Source of the DNA: Narcine bancroftii
Taxonomy: Eukaryota
Assembly (NCBI RefSeq): GCF_036971445.1
Contig: NC_091480.1
Location: 69,130,001 to 69,194,000 of the forward strand
Direction of reading: 5' to 3'
DNA: 64,000 nt
Shown piece after piece: positions 35,306-46,315 of the stretch (positions within the stretch are counted from its first letter, which is position 1; the number at the start of each line of letters is the position of its first letter). Both the position numbers and the translations under genes were made by a program. Under the pieces are notes generated by a model. That model was not told the DNA's origin. It ran no database searches and saw only the letters and a program-made list of their open reading frames with translations.

Positions 35306-37459
35306 TAGAAGACATTGTTAGTGCACAAGGCATCAGCATGTGACATACTTCCTGTGATCCAGAGAAGATCAGGTCACAAGATGCAGAACTGTCAGTCAGT
35401 CATAGCTTTACCCTATCGCTTCACCCCATACTGTAAGCACCCACTACAATTCGTGGAGGAGACCATTGAGATCAGAAAACTCCTGCAATAAGAAGAAATA
35501 AATCCTTATCTGGATTCTAAACATGACCTTGTGTTTCATGGTCTGATAAGTAAGTTATCTCTTTTTATGAGAACTCTGAATTGCAGAGTCCTTGACACAG
35601 ACCTTGACCTACACATAAACACACTGCAATTTAACCTTCCACTCCACAATGCTCAAGGAGATCTTTTGTTGGCCATCTTGGTGTCCCAGACACAAAAAGA
35701 TGTGAATGCCATGGTGCATCACAGCTTGTGAAGCTGGTCTGCTGTATAGTGTTTTACAGGAAATGTATGTGGAAGACATGTGGGCAGGACAGGAGTAAAG
35801 AGGGAATGGCAAAACTATAACAGGCTAATTCAGTCCTATGAGTCTGTGCCGCCCTATTTACTCCCCATTACCTACACCCCCAGTAAATTTTGAACGGTGG
35901 GAGGAAACTGGAGCCGCCGGAGAAAACCCACACAGACACAGGGAGAATGTACAAACTCCTGACAGACGGCGCGGGATTCGAACCCCGGTCCCGATCACTG
36001 GTGCTGTAACAGCATTGTGCTAACCGTGCAGGATTAAATTATATTCATCAGGCCAGAACTTGCCGGTAACACACAGTACAAATATTCATATAAACATTGC
36101 CAAAGAAATTGAGTGTCTCACTAACCATCAAAAACTTGACAAAGTTTTAAAAATTTATAAAAGAAAAAAATTCTGATAAAGCACATTAAGAAATAATTTC
36201 AGATTTCAGATTCAGATGTCAGATTTATTGTCAGAGGAAATACACAACATCACACACAACCCTGAGATCCCTTTTCTTGCGGGCCAGGCAGAATTACCAC
36301 TTATCAGTAATGCAAAAAAAAACTGTACTCATGTAAACAAATAAAGAACTTAGAAAGCAATCAAATATATTCAAATGAACTCTATTAGGTTAAAAACAGG
36401 AAACTACTTACCCTTCTCAATGAGCCTCCTGGACTTTCTCCAGGGTAGTCTGTCTCGGGTGCAATGGGTAGATTTCCCAGCCAGTGGAAGTTTGGGATGG
36501 GGTCCAAAGCTGACTTTGCTTCAGCTGAACAAAAGTCAGAGACTTCCACCTTCCTCAGGATTCCCAAACCTCCACCCAGTCACGGAGGCAGAAGCAGGTG
36601 GTTCCGAGGAGGAATTATGTCTTTTATTTGGAACATCCATGCCACAGTTACAGTACAGGTGATTAGTAACTTAGACAAAATGTGTGCTGTGTGATTGCAT
36701 GGGGGTGGAGGAGACAGGAGCATGTGGGTTTCTCCACCAACGGGGATTTTTCTCATTGGGTAAATATTAATTGCTTTAATTAATCAACATTTTATCAATG
36801 CATTTTCTTCCTTTAGATCTCTTTTGCTTTCTCAATCCACTCTTTTTCCTCCTCTCTCCTTAATTCTCTTTTAACCCCTAATTCGGTTTTAATTCTTTCA
36901 ACATCATTCTCACAGTTTCTTTCTCTATTAAATTTCTCTGTCTAGTATTTTGAACACAATGTTTCCAAACGCAACAACATTGGCATTTCTAGCAATTTGC
37001 GCACTGATATCTTGCGACGCGGCAGTGAAGCTTGGTGGTCCAATAGGCATATTTCAGCGCACTTTGCATTGCGCAGCTTTCAGACTCATGAAGACTGACC
37101 GTAACTTGACAATGTTTAAAAGCAACAGATGAATCTTTCCAAATGCCTCCTGCTGCCAGGCTAAGCTGCTGCGGAGCCCCTGTATGACCAGTTGCTACAA
37201 ATTCTATCTCAGTTTAAGAGGGAAGTAGCCAAACATTCTTAAAGATGCAAGAGATGCTGGCACTAGCATTTGAAGCAACAAACAAGATGTTGGAGTTACT
37301 CCATGGGTCAGGTAGGATTGGTGGAGGGAAACGGTCGAGACCCTGGGTCAGAACTGATGAAGTGCAGATGGAGGATCTCGAAATATTCACTGTCCCTTTC
37401 CTGCCACAGATGCTGCCAGTTCCCCCAGCAGTTTTTTTTTAAGTACCTTATATTCCTAC

Positions 37460-37518
37460 CTCAATATGTTTCTTCCAGACATTTAGCTGATCAACATCAT
37501 TGCCATGATCTGCAGAAC
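37460..37518 (-). CDS. SOAT2: SOAT2 coding exon 2 (GSADHGNDVDQLNVWKKHIE)
   Basis: 59 nt, polypyrimidine-AAG/GTAGG, phase 1 to 0; resembles human DLVQWTRHME. Confidence 0.8.
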
Positions 37519-40122
37519 CTTCAAAGAAAGGAAAACTGGTTGATAAAAGTTCATCAAATCAGGTTAATAAAGTCCTCTCAGGTTACACCTCGCTGGAGCT
37601 TTATCTCAGGGATCTGGGATCAGACTCTGATTGACAGGATGAAAGGCTTCTCCCACCCCCTCTTCACATCCCCACAATGGCTCTTAGGGTCTATGGAATT
37701 AAGGGTCTGCCTAGTGTAGACTGCTGAAGATTGATCCATTTTGCCTTGTTGCTTCGTGAAAGAACGCTGAGATGGTTGTAAATCCATTCGGAGAGTGAAG
37801 GGGGATCAAGATGGGTGTTGCCTGGCATCGACAGCCAAGCTGAAATTCCACCAGCCCTGACCAAGGACAGCGAGGGTCTCCAGGATGTGAGTTGCCTGAT
37901 AACAGCAGCCTGGCTGATAACTTTCCAACAGGCCCAGGTGGGGGAAAGGGGGGATGGACCTCCCACAAAGCTTGTGTGTAATAAAGGAGTACCAGAATAC
38001 TAAAGTGTCCAGGTTTAGTGACTAGTAAAGTTCCTTGGGGATCTGTGTTCAGGGACCCCCTGCTCTTTGTGATTTTTATAAATGACCTGGATGAAGAAGC
38101 AGAAGAATGGGTCAGTAAGATACAAAGGTTGAAGCGTTGTGGATAGTGTAGAAGGTTGTTGTAGGTTACAATAGGATATGGACAGGATGCAGAGTTGAGC
38201 GGAGAAGTGGCAGATGGAGTTCAATCCGGATAGGAGTGAGGCGATGCATTTTGGAAGGACAAACCACAAGGCTGAGTACAGGGTTAATGGTCAGTTATTT
38301 AACAGTGTGGATGAACAGAGGGACCTTGGCGTCCAAATCTATACACCCCTCAAAGTCGCCGTGCAGGTTAATAGGAAGGTTAAGAAGGCCTATGGGACAC
38401 TGGGATTCATTAATAGGGGGATTGAATTTGGGAGTACAGAGGCATATTACAACTCTACAAATCTCTGGTGTGATCACACTTAGAGTATTGTGTTCAGTTC
38501 TGGTCACCTCATTACAGGAAGGATGTGGAAGCTATGGAAAGGGTGCAGAGGAGATTCACCAGGATGTTGCCTGGATTAGGAAAACAAATCTTATGAGGCA
38601 AGGTTAGCAGAGCTGGAACTTTTCTCTTTGGAGTGTAGAAGGATGAGAGGAAACTTGATAGAGGTCTACAAGATTCTGAGAGACATAGATAGGGTGGACA
38701 GCCAGCACCTGTTTCCCAGGGCAGGATCAGCAAACACCAGAGGGCGTCTGTACAAAGCGAAGGGAGGGAAGTTTAGGGGAGCCATCCAGGGGTACATTTT
38801 TTTGTACATGGAGAGTTGTGGGTACCTGAAATGCCTTGCCAGGGATGATGGTGGAGGCTGGAACATTGGAGGCATTTAAGAGATTCTTAGACAGACCCAG
38901 AGGGTTACAGGGCGGGGAGGGTTTTGTACATTTTAAAATTTTGGTAGGAATATATAGGTCGGCACAACATCAGGAAGCAAAGGGCCTGCACTGTGAAGTA
39001 ACGTTCTGTGTCCTATCTTCTCTATTCCTTATGGTGCATTTGCTGAAGAATTGAGTACGATGCTAGACCTGAATGAAGGGGGTAGGAAAGTGTCTGTCCA
39101 CAGGCCCTGTCAAGCTTTGGCAATCTTCCTTAGCATCAAAGGCCTTTCCGAGTGAGTGGACCTTGCCTCCTTATGCTCAGAGGGGCACATTATTCAATCT
39201 TGTATTAAATCGGCAACAGTGGGGTGCAGAGGTCAAGGCAGAGAATCTTTACCTATCAGCTCTTTTCATGTGTCAATGTGAGAGTACAGGTGCTCACCGA
39301 ACCAAAGAGCAAAGCGAAAAGAAATACTTACAGATGAAAACGGGTGAACAATGGCTCACCCGAGGTGGATTTTATATTGGGCCTGAGGTTTCATCACCTT
39401 CAGTAATGAGAGCTGTTGACACCTGGTTGTAGGTCCCCAGAAAGTGGGAAGATTTCCAGATAAATGGCAAAGAGGAGTGAGTGAGAGAACCTGATTGTTG
39501 GAATGGAGTGGCACAAGCAGGAAATCTGCAGTTTGTGGTGTCTGATGATGTCTCCTCTAGACAGGACAGCTCATGGGCTTGGGACGTTCTGTCGTAACGA
39601 CAGTGCGTTTTGGAAGTGACTGTGCTGTTGATGCCAGTCATGTGGACTGCTTTGTCCTGAGTGGTGTTGAGCCTCCTGAAAGTTGATAGAGCTGCAAGCA
39701 GATTTTAAATTTAAACATACAGCACGGCAATAGGCCTTTTTGGCCTGGGCCCCTGCCGTCCAATTACACCTAATTAACCTACAACCCCCTGGTACGTTTT
39801 GAAGGGTGGAAGGAAACCGGAGCCCCTCGGGGAAAACCCACACAGACACGGGGAGAATGTACAAACTCCTTACAGGCAGCGTGGGATTCGATCCCTGGTC
39901 GCTGGTGCTGTAAGAGTGTTGCTCTGACCATTACGCCAGCTGATGAGCAGTGTTCCATCACACTTCTGACATGTGTCTTGCAGCTGGTGAGAAGGCCTTG
40001 AGGAATCAGCAAGTGTGTCGCTCATGGCAGGATACCCAGCTTCCAATCAGCGCTAGTCACCGCAGTAGCTCCGTTCCCTCTACTCAGTCATTTCAAGACC
40101 TGCATCTGATTAAGACTCTTAC

Positions 40123-40207
40123 CGTCTGCGACCGCGTGTTGTGTCGTGTTTTCTTTGGATTGCTTTTTTCTCTCTCGGACTTCCAATTCTTCCATGCAGT
40201 CATTCAT
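40123..40207 (-). CDS. SOAT2: SOAT2 first coding exon (MNDCMEELEVRERKKQSKENTTQHAVAD); full CDS 1605 nt, 534 aa sterol O-acyltransferase 2
   Basis: AAAGATGA start context, GTAAG donor in phase 1. A TTTTCTCAG acceptor at 40221 implies a non-coding upstream exon. All 15 exons join in frame. Confidence 0.78.
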
Positions 40208-41149
40208 CTTTGTTGGAATTCTGAGAAAACACATAAATGCTGATTTATTTTGAAAATTTCACACTGTGCGGGGCTTTCCTGCAGTGTACTGGTATCGTGC
40301 TGCGTGCGATGATGTGTGCGTTACTGCCTGCTGCTTGCACAATGAGTGACGTCACCCAGGTTCCCTTAGGTTATTCAGGCCATCAAGTCTATGCTGGCTC
40401 TCAGAGCAAGCCCATTGGTCACATGTTCATTGCCGCGGATGGCTGTGGAGGCCACGTCATTGGATATACTTTGGACAGAGGTTGCTACGTTCTTGAGTAG
40501 GCGGGGAATCAAGGGTTACAGGGTGAAGGCACGAGAATGGGGTTGAAAAGGATAGTAAATCAGCCTCGATGGGACAGAATGGATGGGCCAAATGGTCTAA
40601 TTTCACTCTTATGGTCTTATTTTCATTAATTCTGCAAACCCACTTGCACTAAGGGTAGTTTACAATGGCCAGTCGATGAACAGCCTGTGCAGTATGCCAA
40701 ACACAGCACATGTCGCTCATGCACATACTGTACGTTATACATACAGTTCACCTGTAATGTGAATGATATGACCTGTGGTCTCTGTGTAACCTCTGTATCA
40801 TGATGTTTGTGTTGTCAGTGAGCTACATAAGCTGCTCACACACACAATTGTTTCTGTCATGATAGCCAGTAAAATCCCCGTTATCCGAATTCAAGTAACT
40901 AGCAAAAAAATAATCGTGTAAAATAAATAAGTTAAAAAATATGGAAGTTTAAAATTGGTGCACCCTAGTGGTTAGTTCGCCAATCACGCAACACATAATC
41001 TCAAGCAACCGGAAAATTCACTCATCCGGCATCTACCAATCCCCCCCCCCATAGGTGCCGAATACAGGACATTTCACTTATCTGTTTCTTGCTGCTTCTC
41101 AGTAAAATTGAAAATAATAAAGGTACCATTTTCTCTTCCACTGGCCTGC

Positions 41150-41420
41150 ATCAGATTCAATACATGGCCCCTCCAGATTCACAAGTGAAGTGTTGCTTCC
41201 CTTGGAAGGACTGTTTGAGGCCCCGAATGGTGGTAAGGGAGGAGATGTGGGTGCAAGTGGAGCATCTCCTGCGGTCACAGGGGTAGGCCCCAAGTGGCAG
41301 TTAATGAGAAGGGATGAGTGGATGAGGGAGTTGTGGAGGGAGCAGTCCCTGTGGAAGGTGGGGAGGGGAGAAGAGGGGAAGATGTGTGTGGTGGTGGGAT
41401 CGTGTTGCAGGTGACGGAAA
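41150..41420 (-). mobile_element. Penelope-like GIY-YIG fragment
   Basis: Reverse complement resembles the 24775-24900 and 45630-45730 segments (CACTTCACTTGTGAATCTG). Confidence 0.6.
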
Positions 41421-42950
41421 TGGTCTGCTTCCGTGTTTCACACTAGGGGGATCGTAATCTAGTCTGCACTTAATCCTGGAAGGGATTGAACCCTATCGTT
41501 AATCAATTAGCACTGACTTTTCCCTGTTGATAAATACCTGGCATCCAAAGCTCTGCTGTTGTGCTTTTTTTCCAGTTTTCCCCTGAAGAGGTTTAAGATC
41601 TGATAAACTGCTCCAAAAACAAACACTCTTTGCCCTCTCTACTGAAACCATTGATTTTCAATTTATGTTTATGTGAGGGAGAGGGGAGGCTTTCCAAAGT
41701 CCTTACCCAGAGGTGAGTGTTGAAGAGGAGAGAGGCAATGGGTTGTTTGACCAGATGATCCTTAGTTCTCATCTGCAGAACTGGACCCAGTGCTCACAGT
41801 GGAAAAGACAAACTGGATCCAGTGCTCATGGTGGGAGAGACCAGAACTGGATCCAGCACGGACAGTGGGACAGACCTGACCTGGATCCAGTGCTTATGTT
41901 GGGAGAGACCAAAACTGGATCCAGTGTTGATGGCAGGAGAGACCAGAACTGGACCCAGTGCTCACAGCGGGAGAAACCAGAACTGGATCCAGTGCTCATT
42001 CTACAAAGACCAGAACAGTTTGATCATCAGTTTAGTCACTACCAGGTTCTCATTCCTTCTCCATATTTGTTATCAGGCAATGAAATGCTGTCAACGTTTC
42101 AATAATGTACTTAAGGAAGGGGTTAATTAGTTTGCCCTGAAGTCAGCTCTTATTATGCTGGTATTGATTTTTTATATCATAGCAATATTAAACTTCAACC
42201 TTTGCCTGCATGACAGAAAAGTGAAAGTCGGTTTGAAGAATCCCTGTGTCAATTAGTTAGAAGCAATCGTAAAACAACTGTCCATTAACCCTAGTTATGA
42301 GACATGCCAGGGGCACTGAGTCATACACTTCAGGGAACTTTAATCAGTTGATAAGTGCAGAAAGTCAGAAAGTTCTGTGATGATAAAATATTGGAGCAGG
42401 AGTTATCTGATTTAATTGGAAAACAGAACTGACAGAAGCTGAGGCAAAAAGGAAAGGTTTGGGGTAACAAGAAGTCAATTTGACATAACAAGAGGTCAAT
42501 TCATGATAACAAGAGCAGAACTGGTGCTGCTGACACAAGCAATGAATGGTCTAATAAAAAAGCTTCATATGTAAAATCAGATCAAGTTACTGGTGGTGGA
42601 TAAGTCGATGGGATTCTTGTATGGCGTTGTATTTTATGTTCTGATGAAATAAGTAACAATCGGAAGTTTGTGAAGCATCAGATGATGGGGATAAGAAAAA
42701 CATGCAGATATTGGTGCTTTGCAATTAGTTTTTTAAAGGTCTAAGATGAAACACTCAGAGAGATCTTTAAGACACTTTTTTCAATAAAACGTCCACTCAG
42801 ATGCGAGAAAGTCACTTCCTTTGACCTGTTGTGCTGCACATGTACAGAGGCAAACTGAGACACGCACACACGTGCCTGAGGTGTACAGAAGCTGAAGCTG
42901 ACACATACACATGGGCTGTGCAGGACTGGAGCCTGAGACATCACGCCGAG

Positions 42951-43674
42951 CAGTGCCGGATTAACCATTAGGCTGAGTAGGCTTAAGCCTAGGGGCCCGG
43001 GAGCAAAAAACAAATGATTTAATTGTGTGTGCACGTGAGTACTTTGGATGATATTTCAGTACTTTTGCATATTTTTTTCATATCTGAAGTATTACAAATA
43101 CTATTTTGTTTTCTAAATTAGGCTCTAAACATATAAACATTTAGAAATAATGTTTTTAGGTCTTTGTACTGATTGTGTTTACCACGACGACATTATAACG
43201 TCATGAGTTGGCGTTAACATGCGCGTAAACTGGTTAGAGACAGGGAGCGAAGCCTGTTGGAACATGAATGCTAGAATTGTGACATCTATAAATTATGATA
43301 GTAAACAGGGACATTACTTGAGTGAGTCCGTGTTTTACCGCTCCCTTACAAATGGTGAGAAAATCAGGAGACGTCGGCTGTGCTGTTCTCCAAGCACAGG
43401 TAGGGCGTTCTGTTTTAACTGTAAACTGTTTTCAAGCGAAGACCAGGCTTGGATTACTTGACAATACCAGTCAGAACGTGATTACATGAAAGTCCTTCTG
43501 GAAAGGGTTGTTGCTACAATTACATTCCTTGCTTCTACATGTAGTACATTGTACATAGCACGATACAAGTTATTTAACATAATGTCACTTTATTCTATTC
43601 AATGAATGGTGGGGCAGGGGGAGCCTTACTAAAGCTCAGCCTAGGAGCCCGGGTGGCAGTTAATTCCCCCACTG
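42951..43674 (+). mobile_element. Internally deleted hAT (Tip100/ZMYM-like) transposon
   Basis: TIRs CAGTGCCGGATTAAC / GTTAATTCCCCCACTG; 8-bp TSD ACGCCGAG (42943-42950) / ACGCTGAG (43675-43682); internal remnant FYRSLTNGEKIRRRRLCCSPSTGRAFCFNCKLFS resembles a TTF-type zinc finger. Confidence 0.8.
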
Positions 43675-44389
43675 ACGCTGAGCGAACAGGAGCCATCATT
43701 GGGTCACAGAGACTCTCACCAAGGCAGAGATGCCTACAGACCAAGTGTGGAGAAATTGAATGCATACAGGTCAAATCCCCGTTAATGTATTGAGTGGGTG
43801 GGCCCATGTTGTGCCACTCTGCGACTATAAGACGTGGTACAGAAGGTGATACTGGGACACATGGTGTATGCATGAGCTTGACACTAGAACACGGATACGC
43901 ATGGGGTGCAGAAGAGCTGAAATTGATGCAGGAAGAGTCCAAACAAATTTTTTCCCCTTTTTATTATTAAGACTGATAAGGGGGGAGAGGGGTTTAACCA
44001 CAGATTATGGATCATATCACAGAACAACACGATCACATTGGAGAAATATAAAATATCTTATGTAACTGAATTTTACATGTAATGTTTGTATTCACTATTA
44101 TTTTTGGACACAGTACGAGTTCTGATTCAGTTGTTTAATTATTAAAATTACAGAAGTTGACGTCCTGAATGAAATAAGTTCTGTAATAATTCTGGTTCTG
44201 CTTCTAATTTATACTTGATATGTAGATGATACAATTTGATTTATGTTATCATTTGTTTACCCTGTGTACAGGGTTTTTCAAAACTCACTAAAATATTTGA
44301 AAAAGAAAGGAAGAATCCATACACTGCCACTGCTGTGAGCACTTGCAGGAGCTGCCTATGGTAATTAGAAAACTGCTCCTGTCCGAAAA

Positions 44390-45012
44390 GTAAAAACATG
44401 ACGCTGGAGAAACTCAGCAGGTCAAACGGTGTCCTTTATACAACAACGATAAAGGCACAGAACCCACCTTTTGGGCTTGAGCCCCTCATCAAGGTGAGAG
44501 CCTACATTTTGCTCATAACATCATAACATCAATGCTCAGTCAACACGACACAATTGTTCAGCTCCATTCAGCCTAAAGCTGCTGGAAAAAAAGAACTGGA
44601 AGTTTAACCTGCTGAGTTTCTCTTCATTATATCTGCTTTTTTTTTTAAACGTCCAAACGTCACGGAGTTTGGCCTCATTTCCAGCCAGTCCTTCAACACC
44701 ATAAACAACTTGACTCCTTGAAGAAACCCAAGATTCCTCCAGTCATTTAGTGAGAAAATAGATGAAACAAGTTATAGGTGGAGAAGGGAGTGGGGGGGGG
44801 GGGTGCACAGCAGCAAACAGGGGGAGGGGGGGACGGCTCTGTGAATGGAGAGGGAAGGGGGTAGAGAGCTGGAGGGAAGGAGACAAGAGGGATGGGGAAG
44901 GGAGAACGGGGGGTTTTGAAAGGCTTAAGCCTGACATGTTGGTAATGTACCTTTATCTATAAAGTACTGTTTGACCTGCTGAGTTTCTCCAGCGTTGCGT
45001 TTTACTTCAATT
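44390..45012 (-). mobile_element. Penelope-derived non-autonomous remnant with inverted ends
   Basis: ACGCTGGAGAAACTCAGCAGGTCAAAC at 44401 is inverted at about 44970-44996. Confidence 0.55.
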
Positions 45013-45404
45013 AGGTCAGGCTTTCATGCTTTACTCCTGCTCACTGTCCTGTTACCACTGATGAAAAGGAGATAAAAGGTCATGACAACTGGATGGGGAT
45101 CTCAAGCAGCCTGATTAGCCAGGAAGCTCTGACTGTGTTCAACCATGGTGACCAAGGGAGCTGAACTCTGCATCATTCTGTGCCTTTGGAGGGGAAATTG
45201 CAAATTAAACCTCTCCCATCACAATCCTATGCTGATTGATTTTGGGACAATGGAGTAATTTTATGAACACATTTCTTCAAATTCTTAACTATTTGAACCA
45301 TAAACAACAAAGGTTGACCCTCAGTTGTTCTGCGAAATGGACTTGCCTGATTTTTGTCCCTTTGATGCGATGTTTTAAACTGACTGGCTGCAGTTAATAC
45401 TCAC

Positions 45405-45478
45405 CAAGTTCCGCACTTCGTTCCTTCTGCTGCTCCTGAGCTTCTCAAACAACTTTGGCGAGTGCTGACCTTTGTACT
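45405..45478 (-). promoter_or_regulatory. Candidate SOAT2 promoter and non-coding first exon with an HNF4-like DR1 site
   Basis: Consensus donor TTG|GTGAGT at 45404; AGTACAAAGGTCA at 45478-45466; repeat-free pocket. Confidence 0.4.
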
Positions 45479-45624
45479 GACTCTCAAAGATACACAGGGT
45501 GTTGTAATCCTCCAAGAGGTTGTAGCTATGACCTTCCAATCAAGAAGTGAACACACAAGCTCAGTGCCTGAGTTCTTGGGGACTGCTTTAACCCTTTCTT
45601 GCCTGAAGCTGCTGGCGCAAGTGT

Positions 45625-46315
45625 GGAAGTGCCACACTTGTGCCCACATCTCCTCCCTCACCACTATTCGGTGGCCCAAACAGTCCTTCACTTCACTTGT
45701 GTATCCGCAGGAGTGATCTACTGCATCCGGTGCTCTCGCAGACTGGGAGATTGCTTTGCTGAGCACCTCTGCTCCGTCCGCACCAGTGACAGGAATCTCC
45801 CAGTGGCCAGCCACTTCAATTCTGCGCCCCACTCCCACGCCCACACATCTGTGGTCTCGTGTATTGTCCCACCAAGACCACCCGTTAATTGGAGGAGCAA
45901 CACCTCATTTTCCGTTTGGCAGCCAGATGGCATTAACGTCGACTTCTCCGGTCTCTGCTAGCCCATTCCTTGTTCTCCCTCCCTTCCCCATCCCTCTGTC
46001 TCCTTCCCTCCAGCTTTCCACCCCCTTCCCTCTCCATTCACAGAGCCATCCCCCCTCCCCCTGTTTGCTGCTGTGCCCTCCCTCCCTTATCCACCTATTA
46101 GCTCCAGCCCTGTGGGACCGTGCTCCTCCCCCCATCTATTTTGTTTGGACCCCTGCCAATATTTTGTCCACACCTTGATGAAGGGCTCAATCCCGAAACG
46201 TCAGTTCTGTATCTTTATCTTTACTACATAAAGGGACACTGTTTGCCCTGCTGAGTTTCCCCAGCGTTGAGTTTTTACTTCAACCACGGTGTCTGCAGAC
46301 TTTCCTGTTTTACTC
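45625..46315 (+). mobile_element. Penelope-like element 3' fragment (GIY-YIG end plus 3' UTR)
   Basis: HFTCVSAGVIYCIRCSRRLGDCFAEHL...PVASHFNS...QPDGINVDFS. Confidence 0.8.
46172..46205 (+). ncRNA. Degenerate minimal hammerhead-ribozyme-like motif within a Penelope-like element
   Basis: ACC-TTGATGA-A-GGGCTCAATCCC-GAAAC-GTC-AGT: (C/U)UGANGA core, short stem II, GAAA and a GUC triplet. Confidence 0.5.

Noticed and set aside
35412-35483. Strong minus-strand acceptor (TTCTTCTTATTGCAG) as a possible SOAT2 exon
   Set aside because: All three frames hit stops before the plausible donor, and the SOAT2 chain is complete without it.
35609-35700. Peptide SIVEWKVKLQ as a candidate SOAT2 exon 2
   Set aside because: No suitable acceptor or donor; 37460-37518 fits better in sequence, size and phase.
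39372-39641. 89-aa minus-strand ORF after an acceptor-like site
   Set aside because: No homology recognised and only weak donors; not needed for the SOAT2 model.
41775-42015. About 34-bp repeats with an internal palindrome as a CRISPR-like array
   Set aside because: Units are head-to-tail without unique spacers, there are no cas genes, and the context is vertebrate.
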